A DNA stretch of 64,000 nucleotides from Nitrospirota bacterium (GTDB taxonomy: Bacteria; Nitrospirota; UBA9217): positions 1,600,001 to 1,664,000 of the forward strand of contig CAVTRN010000002.1 in NCBI GenBank assembly GCA_963737155.1. Reading direction: 5' to 3'. How positions within the stretch are numbered: position 1 is the stretch's first letter; the number at the start of each line of letters is the position of its first letter. Under the pieces are notes generated by a model that worked only from the letters and a program-made list of their open reading frames with translations, had not been told where the DNA came from and ran no database searches. Of this stretch, positions 41,518 through 51,465 are shown piece by piece. The position numbers were made by a program, and so were the translations under genes.

Positions 41518-44500
41518 CCAGATTAGGATTTCCCCAGAGTTGCTGCGTGACCTTGGTGTCCAGAATGAAGCGCAGGCTGTGAAGAATCTCGAGCTTCTTT
41601 CCGCAAAGCTTGGCACCGAGGGATATGCCGCACTTGCGCCGGCGCTTTTCGCGAGCCTGTCCAGCATGGCTGATCCCGATATGGTCCTAAATAATCTGGA
41701 CCGTTTTGTGGATAGTCTGTCCGATGTCCGGCTTTTAATTTCGTATTGCCATGAAAGGCGTGACGCCCTTAGACAACTCGTCACTATTTTCGGCGCAAGC
41801 CGGTTCTTCTCAACTTATCTGACGGCAAACGCTGATGACAGTCTGGCGCGGTTCTCCGTCCCCGACTACCTTACTTATCCCGCCGGGAAAGTGATACTTT
41901 CGCAGAGACTCGCGGGTATGATAGACGAGGCGGGTGACAACAAGTCTTTCTACCGATCACTTCGCCTTTTCAGAAAACAGGAGATGCTAAGGATAGGCCT
42001 GCGCGACCTGCTTGCCAAGGCCGATTTTCAGGAGACGGTGGGGGAGCTCTCTGACCTTGCGGAGGTGTGTCTCCAGAGGACATTCGAATGGATCAATCGC
42101 GAGCTTCTGAAGCGATACGGCAGGCCTGTCGTTGATAATACCGAAGGAATACCTGAACCGGCGGGTTTCGCTGTCATTGCTATGGGCAAACTTGGAGGAC
42201 GCGAGCTCAATTTCAGCTCTGATGTGGATCTCATGTACGTTTATACCGCTGATGGAGAGACTGAAGGAATCAGGTTTCCAGATGGAGCGGTGTCGAGCCG
42301 GATCTCCAATCACCAATACTTCATCAAACTGGCGGAAAAAATAAGCGCAGCCATCGGCGATAAGACCGAGGACGGATTCGTGTTCCGCGTGGATCTTCGA
42401 CTGCGTCCCGAGGGACAACGCGGCCCACTTGCCCAGAGCCTGAGCGGCTATGAAATATATTATGAATCTTGGGGACAGACCTGGGAACGATCGGCGCTCA
42501 TCAAGGCCAGGCCTGTTGCGGGCGATGAGAGAACCGGCAGGGAATTCATAGAGCGGATTACCCCCTTCGTTTACCGCAAATATCTGGACTACAGCGCCAT
42601 CGCCGAAATAGGCGATATGAAGCAAAAAATCAACAGGGATGTTGAACAGAAGGGCAAGACCTACAGGGATGTCAAACTCGGATATGGCGGTATTCGGGAG
42701 ATCGAATTTGTGATCCAGGCACTTCAGCTTATTTATGGTAGCCGCTACCGGTCCCTACGGGAGAAATCGGCGCTCAAAACCCTTCACGCACTTTCGCAAA
42801 AAGGGCTGATTACTTATCAGGAGCACGAGTATCTGTCAAAGGCATATGTTTTTCTCCGCACTATCGAGCACCGCATTCAGATTCTCGATGATCTTCAGAC
42901 ACAGACAATCCCGTCCGATGCACAGAGCATGCGAGCGCTTGCGCGTCGATCAGGATACCTTGAAGCAGGCAAGGAAGCCGAGCTTCTGTTGAGGGACTAT
43001 GCAGAGCATACTCAGAGGGTTCGGCGTATCTATGATGATCTGTTTGCCTTCACTGGCGATGAGGCGGTGGGGTCCGCTCCTGACGGCGACTATGGCCGCT
43101 TGCTTGATTCCGACAGAACTGAGCAGGAAGCGCTCACGCTGCTTGAAAAGTTTGGATTCCTCGATCCCGCCAAGGCATATCGCAACCTGCTGCTACTTCA
43201 GGAGGGCCCGGCGTTTGTGCACCAGACACCCCGCAGCCGTAAACTCTTTCTAGAGATTTTTCCGCCGCTGTTCGGCGAAATAGTCGCTTCCGCCGACCCC
43301 GATATGGCGCTCAATCATCTGGAGTCGTTTCTTGCTGTGCAGGGGTCCTGGGAAGGATTTCAGTCCCTTATTAAAATCGATGCATCGGCGATCAAGGTGC
43401 TCATTGCGGTCTTTGCCAGCAGCGAATACCTCTCGCGGCTGCTGTTGAGTCGGCCCTTCTATCTTCAGAACTTGCTGGAGTTCCAGAGGTTTTCAGGCGC
43501 TGGGACCATTAGGAACTATGCGAACGAGCTCGATGAGATACTGGGTAGAAATAGGGAGCTTTCGAATAAACTAGATGATCTTCGAAAGTTCAAACACATG
43601 GAAGAAATTAGGATCGGAACGGCAGATCTTCTGTCGAAAGTGAAACTTGTAGCTGTGTCGCATGACTTGTCCAAATTGGCCGAGGTCTGTCTTGGTGCTG
43701 CGCTTAAACTGGCGGCTGCTGAAACGGGACGACGGTACGGGGCCGTCGGTTCTGCCGATGGACTCGCCGTCATTGGGGTAGGAAAACTCGGCGGGAGGGA
43801 GTTGACCTACGGGTCAGACCTTGATGTGCTCTTCGTGTATTCAGAATCTCATGCCGGAGTTTCGCTAGCAGGTCTTTCGGCATTTGAGTATTTCAGCAAA
43901 ACGGCGGAGAAGACGATCGCTTACCTCTCATCCATGACGCGCGAAGGCTTTGTCTTTCGCATGGATGCGAGATTACGCCCTTCGGGATCCAAGGGTCCTC
44001 TGGTACAAAGTATCGAGGCGTTCAAGAACCACTATTCTTCAAAGGCAGAGACCTGGGAGATGCAGGCCATGCTGCGCGCGCGGTTCGTTGCGGGTGACCG
44101 TGCGGTAGGCGCAGCATTCTGCTCAGCGATGCAGGAGCTGATCTATTGCGATACTGAACGGCCTGCTCTTGCCTGCAATATTCTCACGATGCGCGGGAGG
44201 ATGGAAGAAAAACTTGGAAGGGAAAGCGACTCCCACTACAATATCAAGCAGGGAATGGGTGGAATGGTTGACATCGAATTCCTAGTGCAGTTCTTGCAGC
44301 TTCTTCATGGCTGGCGCCATAAGAGTGTCCAGATACCGGGAACATACGATGCACTGTGGGCCCTAAAAAAAGAAAAGCTGCTTACGCAGGAAGAATACGC
44401 TGTCATGCGGCGAGCCTATCTGTTCCTGCGGCAACTGGAAAGCAGGATGCGAATCATCTCGAATGAGGCAACGATCAGGTTGAGCAGAAATCCCGAAGAA

Positions 44501-44635
44501 CTTCACCTGCTTGCGCGCCTCATGGGATATGCGAAAGAAAATTCATCAGCAGGGCAGCAGCTTCTCCATGAATATGAAATCTTAACCAGGCAGATAAGAA
44601 CCATCTTTATCAAAGTGCTTATGGAATATTGTTGA
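41504..44635 (+). CDS. glnE: Glutamine synthetase adenylyltransferase / adenylyl-removing enzyme
   Basis: Two nucleotidyltransferase domains (MGKLGGRELNFSSDVDL and GKLGGRELTYGSDLD); RVDLRLRP; GGIREIEF. Confidence 0.96.
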   Translation: MSFDNQIRISPELLRDLGVQNEAQAVKNLELLSAKLGTEGYAALAPALFASLSSMADPDMVLNNLDRFVDSLSDVRLLISYCHERRDALRQLVTIFGASRFFSTYLTANADDSLARFSVPDYLTYPAGKVILSQRLAGMIDEAGDNKSFYRSLRLFRKQEMLRIGLRDLLAKADFQETVGELSDLAEVCLQRTFEWINRELLKRYGRPVVDNTEGIPEPAGFAVIAMGKLGGRELNFSSDVDLMYVYTADGETEGIRFPDGAVSSRISNHQYFIKLAEKISAAIGDKTEDGFVFRVDLRLRPEGQRGPLAQSLSGYEIYYESWGQTWERSALIKARPVAGDERTGREFIERITPFVYRKYLDYSAIAEIGDMKQKINRDVEQKGKTYRDVKLGYGGIREIEFVIQALQLIYGSRYRSLREKSALKTLHALSQKGLITYQEHEYLSKAYVFLRTIEHRIQILDDLQTQTIPSDAQSMRALARRSGYLEAGKEAELLLRDYAEHTQRVRRIYDDLFAFTGDEAVGSAPDGDYGRLLDSDRTEQEALTLLEKFGFLDPAKAYRNLLLLQEGPAFVHQTPRSRKLFLEIFPPLFGEIVASADPDMALNHLESFLAVQGSWEGFQSLIKIDASAIKVLIAVFASSEYLSRLLLSRPFYLQNLLEFQRFSGAGTIRNYANELDEILGRNRELSNKLDDLRKFKHMEEIRIGTADLLSKVKLVAVSHDLSKLAEVCLGAALKLAAAETGRRYGAVGSADGLAVIGVGKLGGRELTYGSDLDVLFVYSESHAGVSLAGLSAFEYFSKTAEKTIAYLSSMTREGFVFRMDARLRPSGSKGPLVQSIEAFKNHYSSKAETWEMQAMLRARFVAGDRAVGAAFCSAMQELIYCDTERPALACNILTMRGRMEEKLGRESDSHYNIKQGMGGMVDIEFLVQFLQLLHGWRHKSVQIPGTYDALWALKKEKLLTQEEYAVMRRAYLFLRQLESRMRIISNEATIRLSRNPEELHLLARLMGYAKENSSAGQQLLHEYEILTRQIRTIFIKVLMEYC

Positions 44636-44993
44636 TTATCGGTTCTCTGAATATTAGCTTCTACAAATATTGATATTATCCACTCGTATGTGCGGGAAGC
44701 TGTTTAGTTTGAGTGAGGATGGCCTCTTCGAGTTTTTTTTGCCTCCCTTCGCTCACTGTAGTGAAGAAATAGAAATGTCCTATTTGGTAACGGCGATCGT
44801 TGAAGGAGCATGTACCCACATGTCGCAATCGGCCTCACGAGATCAGCGGGCAGGGAGTGAGCTTCTTATGACGAAACAACTGTGATGCTGTTGTCGGGAC
44901 GGCTTTTGCCGCCTTATTCATTTGATTGATATTTTCCTTGATGCCAATAGTTAATTCAACGCTCATTTCCCGGAAAGTATCCGAGCCCATCCG

Positions 44994-46142
44994 ATGAGAG
45001 AACGACTAAACCTGCTTCGTGAATTTTCCGTTCCGCTTCTCAGCGGAGTTGTCTTCGCCCTGTTCTGGGCGAACAGCGCGCCTGCGAGTTATTTGCGCTT
45101 TCTTCATAATCGCCTCATCGGCTCTCTCAGTTTGCATTTTCTGACCAATGATATCTTCATGGTTTTTTTCTTCGCCATCGCCGCCGTGGAGATAACTCGG
45201 AGTCTGCAGACGGGCGGGGACCTTTATCCCATTGGTAAATCCATCAACCCTCTGTTCGCGACCGCCGGTGGTGTGATCGGTCCGGCTCTGGTCTATCTCA
45301 CGCTGAATCACCTCGTCGGTGTGCCTGAATTGCAGCGGGGGTGGGGAATTCCTACGTCAACGGATATCGCTTTTGCTTGGCTCGTCGCCCGGCTTATTTT
45401 CGGGAAGCGTCACCCCGCTATATCGTTCCTGCTCTTGCTAGCTGTAGTCGACGATGGGATTGGCCTCGCAATTATCGCTCTGTTCTATCCGGATCCCCTT
45501 CTTCTTGTCGAGCCGCAGTGGCTGTTTCTGACGCTCGCGGGAATGGCCATTGCCTATTTCTTTCGCAAACGCCGGGTCCGATCGTACTGGCCTTACGTGC
45601 TTCTGGGTGGTGGTTTGTCATGGGCCGGCTTATACAGGGCCCACCTGCATCCCGCGCTTGCCCTGGTTTTTATCATTCCCTTTTTGCCGCATGCCGGTCT
45701 CAAGAAAAAACATCTCTTCGAAGAGGATGGAACAAGCCTGTCTCCCATGGCGTTGTTCGAACACGAATGGAAAGTTGTCGTCGATCTCGGCTTGTTCCTG
45801 TTCGGGTTCGCCAACGCAGGAGTAGAGTTATCACGAGCAGGCGCGGCTACGTGGCTTGTTGTGTCTTCACTAGTGATGGGAAAGTGCATCGGCATTTTTT
45901 TGTTCTCCATAGCGGCGGCTAGATTTGGTTTTCCTTTGCCAGCAGGAGTCCGGGACAGGGATCTGATTGTTATCGGAATCATTGGTGGCATTGGGTTCAC
46001 CGTTGCCCTCTTTGTTTCCGGTGAGGCTTTTGCCGACCCGGCACTTCAGAATGCGGCAAAAATGGGTTCCATGCTGAGCTGTGGGGCGGCCGTGATCGCC
46101 CTGATCGCCGGAAAATTGCTGAAAATAAAAAAGCTCTCTTAA
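44994..46142 (+). CDS. nhaA: Na+/H+ antiporter NhaA family
   Basis: NDIFMVFFF, GWGIPTSTDIAF, LAVVDD, FANAG and GIGFTVALF. Confidence 0.9.
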   Translation: MRERLNLLREFSVPLLSGVVFALFWANSAPASYLRFLHNRLIGSLSLHFLTNDIFMVFFFAIAAVEITRSLQTGGDLYPIGKSINPLFATAGGVIGPALVYLTLNHLVGVPELQRGWGIPTSTDIAFAWLVARLIFGKRHPAISFLLLLAVVDDGIGLAIIALFYPDPLLLVEPQWLFLTLAGMAIAYFFRKRRVRSYWPYVLLGGGLSWAGLYRAHLHPALALVFIIPFLPHAGLKKKHLFEEDGTSLSPMALFEHEWKVVVDLGLFLFGFANAGVELSRAGAATWLVVSSLVMGKCIGIFLFSIAAARFGFPLPAGVRDRDLIVIGIIGGIGFTVALFVSGEAFADPALQNAAKMGSMLSCGAAVIALIAGKLLKIKKLS

Positions 46143-46178
46143 TTACAGGGATAATTGAATTTTAATCCGAATTTTATC

Positions 46179-46206
46179 TTGACAAAACAGCGTAATGGAA
46201 TATACT
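46179..46206 (+). promoter_or_regulatory. Near-consensus sigma70 promoter for Ehr cluster 1
   Basis: TTGACA-16 nt-TATACT. Confidence 0.7.
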
Positions 46207-46269
46207 ACGGCGTCGTAATGCGGTTTTTTTTACAAACCTGATTTTTGACAGAGCGAGAAACTTTTCAAG

Positions 46270-48261
46270 ATGGAAACGGAACAACTTCTTCTTTTTGGTA
46301 TCGTATTGTTTGCTGTGGGCGCCCTCAGTGCACTTGTCCCGGTCAAGACTTTCAGATCTGCCTCGTATCTTTTCTCACTCATTGGTTCAGTCTCATTTCT
46401 TTCTCTGGGCCTGATTCTCACCATAATTACTCCGGTATCCTATCAAGCTTTGTCCGCATCATCGATATTCGAATTTTCCCTTCGCGGTGACGCCCTAGCC
46501 GGTTTTTTCCTTATTACTATATCCCTGGTTTCATCGGCGGTGTCCGTGTATTCTATCAGCTTTACGCGCGACTCGTCTTACGCGGGCCTTTCTGGCTTTT
46601 TTACGAATATCCTGATCCTGAGCCTATATGCAGTCGTGCTATCCGCGAACCTCTTCACCTTCCTGATCTCCTGGGAAACGATGGCAATTGCATCTTATTT
46701 TCTCGTAACACTCGATCGGAGCGACGAAGCGTCACGCGCAGGCCTCGTGTACGCCGTAATGACCCACATTGGCACGGCATTCATCATTGCGCTTTTCTTT
46801 ATACTCTACCGGTCCACGAACAGAATGGATTTTGAAGGAATGAAGGCCGGCGTTGCCGCCCTGCCAATTACGGTCAAGTCGCTTATCTTTATTTTCGCCC
46901 TTATCGGCTTCGGTACGAAGGCGGGCATCGTTCCGCTTCACACCTGGATACCCCGCGCCTACTCGGTTGCGCCTCCTCACGTTGCCGCGTTAATGTCCGG
47001 CCTCATGGTCAAAATGGGCATTTACGGCTTCCTCCGGATATCCGTTGATGTCCTGGGGCAGGGCCCCGAGTGGTGGGGAATCACGGTCATCGCGGTCGGT
47101 GCGGTATCGGCGCTGTTAGGGATCCTCTATGGCGTCATGGAAAACGATCTCAAACTGTTTCTTGCATACTCCACCGTAGAGAATGTCGGCATTATTCTGC
47201 TCGGCGTCGGAGCTTCCATGGTGTTTAAGAGCAACGGGCTCGCGGCATTGTCATCCCTTGCCCTGACTGCGGCACTCTTTCATGTGCTGAATCATGCGCT
47301 GTTCAAGGGGGCCCTTTTTTTTGGTGCGGGATCGGTCATTTACAGCACGGGCTCGGGAAATATGGAGCACATGGGCGGACTGCTGAAGCGCATGCCCTTA
47401 ACCGGCTTGATTTTCCTCATAGGTGCGCTTTCAATCTGCGCGCTTCCGCCTTTCAACGGATTTGCAAGTGAATGGCTGACCTATCAGGCACTTCTTCTCG
47501 GATATCAGTCGCCTTCGGTAACAGCCAAAATCGTGTCTCCGCTCGGAGGGGCCGCTCTGGCCCTTACGGGCGCGATTGCGGCAGCGGGGTTTGTGAAGGC
47601 GTTCGGTATTACCTTTCTCGGAGTGCCGCGAACAGTCAAGTCGCGGGACGCAAGGGAAGTCCCGTTTTCTATGGTGGTCGGCATGGTGCTTCTCGCAACG
47701 CCCTGTCTTCTGTTCGGTCTTTTCCCCGGTCCGGCATTATCGCTTCTGATGCCAGCGGTGTATGCTCTGACGGGAGCGTCATCCACGCTGGAGCAGCACG
47801 GTGTTCTGGTTATCGGCCAGACATCGGCTACACTGTATCCAATCGGAATGCTTGTTACCATGGTCTTCATGATGATCGCAGTCATGCTGTTCATCAGAGT
47901 GAAAGGCGGGAAAAGAAAGACAGTTTATGCAGATTCATGGGACTGCGGTATCCCAGGGCTCACGCCCCGAATGCAGTACACGGCCACGGCTTTTACCAAG
48001 CCTCTCCGTATTATTTATAAGCGTATTTACCTGCCGAGCCGCGACATTAACGTAAAGTACCTTCTCAAACCCTTTTTCGTAAAATCCATACGCTACGGCG
48101 GCGAGATAACTCCCTTTTTTGAGCGTTATGTTTATGAGCCTGCTACACAGTTCATTCAGGCCGTTGCCGGCAAAGTCAAGCTACTGCAGTCAGGCAGCCT
48201 AAATTTGTATCTCGGATATATACTGATAACCCTGATACTGCTTTTGATTTTCGCGACGTAA
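46270..48261 (+). CDS. hyfB: HyfB/HycC-like antiporter-type membrane subunit (Ehr copy 1)
   Basis: GFGTKAGIVPLHTW, LAYSTVEN, NHALFK, LPPFNGF and WDCG...MQYT. Confidence 0.88.
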   Translation: METEQLLLFGIVLFAVGALSALVPVKTFRSASYLFSLIGSVSFLSLGLILTIITPVSYQALSASSIFEFSLRGDALAGFFLITISLVSSAVSVYSISFTRDSSYAGLSGFFTNILILSLYAVVLSANLFTFLISWETMAIASYFLVTLDRSDEASRAGLVYAVMTHIGTAFIIALFFILYRSTNRMDFEGMKAGVAALPITVKSLIFIFALIGFGTKAGIVPLHTWIPRAYSVAPPHVAALMSGLMVKMGIYGFLRISVDVLGQGPEWWGITVIAVGAVSALLGILYGVMENDLKLFLAYSTVENVGIILLGVGASMVFKSNGLAALSSLALTAALFHVLNHALFKGALFFGAGSVIYSTGSGNMEHMGGLLKRMPLTGLIFLIGALSICALPPFNGFASEWLTYQALLLGYQSPSVTAKIVSPLGGAALALTGAIAAAGFVKAFGITFLGVPRTVKSRDAREVPFSMVVGMVLLATPCLLFGLFPGPALSLLMPAVYALTGASSTLEQHGVLVIGQTSATLYPIGMLVTMVFMMIAVMLFIRVKGGKRKTVYADSWDCGIPGLTPRMQYTATAFTKPLRIIYKRIYLPSRDINVKYLLKPFFVKSIRYGGEITPFFERYVYEPATQFIQAVAGKVKLLQSGSLNLYLGYILITLILLLIFAT

Positions 48262-48315
48262 AAACAGGGTTAAAAGATCCGAGTCTGAGGGAAGACAGCA
48301 ACTAAGCGCGAAACC

Positions 48316-49233
48316 ATGGAATATTTTCAATTTCTCATCATAATTCTGTTCTCGCCGCTTGTAGATGGCGTGATCAGGAAACTTAAGGCGTACATGCAGG
48401 GCCGCATTGGTCCCGGTTTGCTGCAACCTTACTACGACATCCTGCGGCTCTTGAAGAAAGACATGGTCGTATCAACGACAACGTCCTGGATATTCAAAGC
48501 TACACCGTATATCGTGTTTATGGCGACAGCGACGGTAGCCGTTATAGTCCCCGTATTGTCAACGGCATCGCCCTTCGGCATGATGGGAGACGTGATCGCC
48601 TTGATCTATCTTTTTGCGCTGGCCCGGTTTTTCATGGCACTAGCGGGACTTGATGCGGGAACGGGTTTTGGGGGAGAGGGGAGCAGCAGAGAAATGACCG
48701 TTGCCATCCTAGTGGAACCTATGATGATGCTCTCGCTCTTTACCGCAGCCATATCGTCGGGCTCCACGAACATTGTGCGTATCGCCACGGTCCATCCTGC
48801 GGCTTTTTCACCTTCGCACCTGCTGGCCCTGACCGCCTTCATCGTGGCGATCGTTGCAGAGACGGGCAGGGTGCCGGTTGATAACCCTGATACCCATCTC
48901 GAACTAACCATGATCCATGAAGGCATGATCCTTGAATATTCAGGACGGTATCTGGCGCTCATGGAGTGGGCGCATTACATGAAGCAGATGATACTTTTTA
49001 CACTTGCCATCGACATTTTCTTCCCTCTGGGCATCGCTCAGTCCGGGAATCTAGTGCCCCTTGCCACAGCCATCGTGGCCTACGCATCGAAAGTGATTGG
49101 AATGGCGGTATTGATGGCGCTCGTTGAGTCAACGCGCGCAAAAATGCGGTTCTTTCAGCTGCCGTCTCTCTTGGGTGGTGCGTTTGTTCTTGCGTTTCTG
49201 TCGCTTGTAACGCATATCATGATGGAGAAGTGA
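48316..49233 (+). CDS. hyfC: HyfC/HycD (NuoH-like) subunit (copy 1)
   Basis: QGRIGPGLLQP and ETGRVPVDNP.THLELTMIHE. Confidence 0.88.
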   Translation: MEYFQFLIIILFSPLVDGVIRKLKAYMQGRIGPGLLQPYYDILRLLKKDMVVSTTTSWIFKATPYIVFMATATVAVIVPVLSTASPFGMMGDVIALIYLFALARFFMALAGLDAGTGFGGEGSSREMTVAILVEPMMMLSLFTAAISSGSTNIVRIATVHPAAFSPSHLLALTAFIVAIVAETGRVPVDNPDTHLELTMIHEGMILEYSGRYLALMEWAHYMKQMILFTLAIDIFFPLGIAQSGNLVPLATAIVAYASKVIGMAVLMALVESTRAKMRFFQLPSLLGGAFVLAFLSLVTHIMMEK

Positions 49234-49276
49234 CGTCTTGCAATGCATGACGATCTAACAATTGGATCGGTGAGCC

Positions 49277-49936
49277 GTGAAATCTTGGATTGAGGCTTTT
49301 TCCATTATTGATTTTATCTCCGTCGGCATTCTCCTGACAGCCGTGACCTTGAATGCCTTCAAGAGCATTGAGTCTTACGTGACGGCGTATACCGTCAACT
49401 CCTGGCTTCTGGCAAGTCTGATCGCCGTGGTTGCGGTCCTCGTCGGAGAAACACACCTCTATATAGCGGCCCTCCTGACTCTGACAACTAAAGGGATCAT
49501 CATCCCCCTCTTCCTTCGAAGAATTGTGCGCCGGATGAAGGTTACTCATGAGATCCAGCCCTATATTAGCAACTCGGTTTCCTTGGCCATTTCTGGAATC
49601 CTTGTAGGAGTTGTCTATGCTTCATTGAAGGAAGGGATATTTGTCACCGGTTTTTCAAAAAACGTGCTCCAGATTTCAATCGCCGTGATTCTCATCAGCC
49701 TCTTCGTCATGATCACCCGGAAGAAGGCGTTGACGCAGGCCATCGGTCTTCTTTTCATGGAAAATGGGCTCTTTCTCGCCGGGTTCTCTTTGACCTTAGG
49801 TATGCCGACGATAATAGAGCTCGGTGTACTTTTCGACATGCTCATGGGTGTCATCATCCTGGGCATTTTTGCCATCCAGATAAAACGGGCATTTGCCTCA
49901 GCGGATCTGGACAAATTAACGGTGTTGAAAGGATAG
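49277..49936 (+). CDS. hyfE: HyfE-like membrane subunit (copy 1)
   Basis: MENG and P..IELGVLFD motifs; hydrophobic. Confidence 0.85.
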   Translation: MKSWIEAFSIIDFISVGILLTAVTLNAFKSIESYVTAYTVNSWLLASLIAVVAVLVGETHLYIAALLTLTTKGIIIPLFLRRIVRRMKVTHEIQPYISNSVSLAISGILVGVVYASLKEGIFVTGFSKNVLQISIAVILISLFVMITRKKALTQAIGLLFMENGLFLAGFSLTLGMPTIIELGVLFDMLMGVIILGIFAIQIKRAFASADLDKLTVLKG

Positions 49937-49977
49937 CTCAGAGTTTAACGTGCGGAGCTCAGGGCAGGTGAAATTAA

Positions 49978-51465
49978 GTGCTAGCAATATTGATCATCCC
50001 GGTTATTACAGCCGTTGTTTGCTATAACATAATGAAACCTCGCATTGTCGGCTACGTAAGCCTTGCGGGAGCGGTTGCACTTGCCGTTACTGCATTTCCC
50101 ACCATTAAAGCGTCACTGTCTGGATCCGTATCAGCGTTGAACGACACCTTCTCCATGGACGCTCTTTCGGGATACATCATGGCCCTAGTTATTTTCCTGA
50201 GCCTGGCATCGGCGGCCTATTCCATCAGCTATCTTGAACACGAGTTCGATGTCGGACTAACCAATGTTCGTGGCGTCAGAACCTATTATGGATTGTTCCA
50301 CCTTTTTATCTTTACCATGCTTCTGGTGACCATGGCGAATAACCTCGCCATCATGTGGATTGGCATTGAGGCCACCACGATCGTATCAGCTCTTCTCATC
50401 GGACTTGGTTTTCACAAGCGTCCGCTAGCCGTCGAAGCAGCTTGGAAATACATCATCCTCTGCACGGTGGGAATTACCTTCGCCCTGCTCGGAACCTTTA
50501 TCGCCTATTATGCATCGACAGCTGTTATGGGGACTGAGGGCACGCTGAACTGGACCACGTTCAGGGGTTTGGCGCACCGTTTGAACCCTGAGACCATGAA
50601 ACTTGCCTTCATCTTCGTGCTCGTGGGATACGGGACCAAAGCCGGACTGGCGCCGGTACACAACTGGCTACCTGATGCTCACAGCCAAGCACCGAGTCCT
50701 ATCAGCGCGCTGCTCTCGGGGATTCTGCTGAATACGGCATTCTATGGAATCATGCGCTTTATTTCCATCGTGGAGCCATCGACGGGTGACGCCTTCACCG
50801 GTCATCTTCTGATTCTGTTCGGGCTTATTTCGGTCGGCATTTCAGCTATCTTTATCCTTGTACAACAAAACTTTAAACGGCTTCTCGCGTACAGCAGCAT
50901 TGAGCACATGGGAATTATTTCGCTTGGTATCGGCATCGGCGGTCCCGTGGGTATTTATGGAGCGTTGCTGCATATCCTGAATCACGCGCTGGCCAAACCA
51001 CTGATGTTCTTTGCTTCGGGCAAGATTCAGTCCCGTTTCGGGACTACGAATATCACGAATGTGAACGGCGTTCTGTCATCCATGCCACTGCTCGGAACGT
51101 TGACTTTTATCGGCGCATTGTCATTATCTGGCACGCCCCCGTTCAATATCTTTGTGAGCGAGTTCACGGTACTGAAAGCGGGCGTTGACCGAGGATTGTG
51201 GCCTGTGGTGGCTCTTTTCCTGTTATTCGTGGTAATCGTGTTCTACGGTGTGCTATCGGGCTTCGCGAAGATGCTTTTCGGCAAGCCCAGTGACAGCGCG
51301 GTCGCTCAGGCTGGCCATCATCCGAGGGGAGGTGGCGCAGGTGATTGGCTGGCCAACGCCGTGATGATCTTCATGGCGGTTGAGGTCATCGCACTGGGTT
51401 TCAAGATACCCACTGTTATTGATGAAACCATAAGGACCTGTGTGCAGGTTCTTGGAGCAAAGTAA
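49978..51465 (+). CDS. hyfF: HyfF-like antiporter-type subunit (copy 1)
   Basis: EAAWKY, GYGTKAGLAPVHNWLPDAHS and KRLLAYSSIEH. Confidence 0.88.
   Translation: MLAILIIPVITAVVCYNIMKPRIVGYVSLAGAVALAVTAFPTIKASLSGSVSALNDTFSMDALSGYIMALVIFLSLASAAYSISYLEHEFDVGLTNVRGVRTYYGLFHLFIFTMLLVTMANNLAIMWIGIEATTIVSALLIGLGFHKRPLAVEAAWKYIILCTVGITFALLGTFIAYYASTAVMGTEGTLNWTTFRGLAHRLNPETMKLAFIFVLVGYGTKAGLAPVHNWLPDAHSQAPSPISALLSGILLNTAFYGIMRFISIVEPSTGDAFTGHLLILFGLISVGISAIFILVQQNFKRLLAYSSIEHMGIISLGIGIGGPVGIYGALLHILNHALAKPLMFFASGKIQSRFGTTNITNVNGVLSSMPLLGTLTFIGALSLSGTPPFNIFVSEFTVLKAGVDRGLWPVVALFLLFVVIVFYGVLSGFAKMLFGKPSDSAVAQAGHHPRGGGAGDWLANAVMIFMAVEVIALGFKIPTVIDETIRTCVQVLGAK

Noticed and set aside
44640-44993. Na+, Li+ or fluoride riboswitch upstream of nhaA
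   Set aside because: I could not match the conserved motifs by eye; an Rfam scan would be needed.
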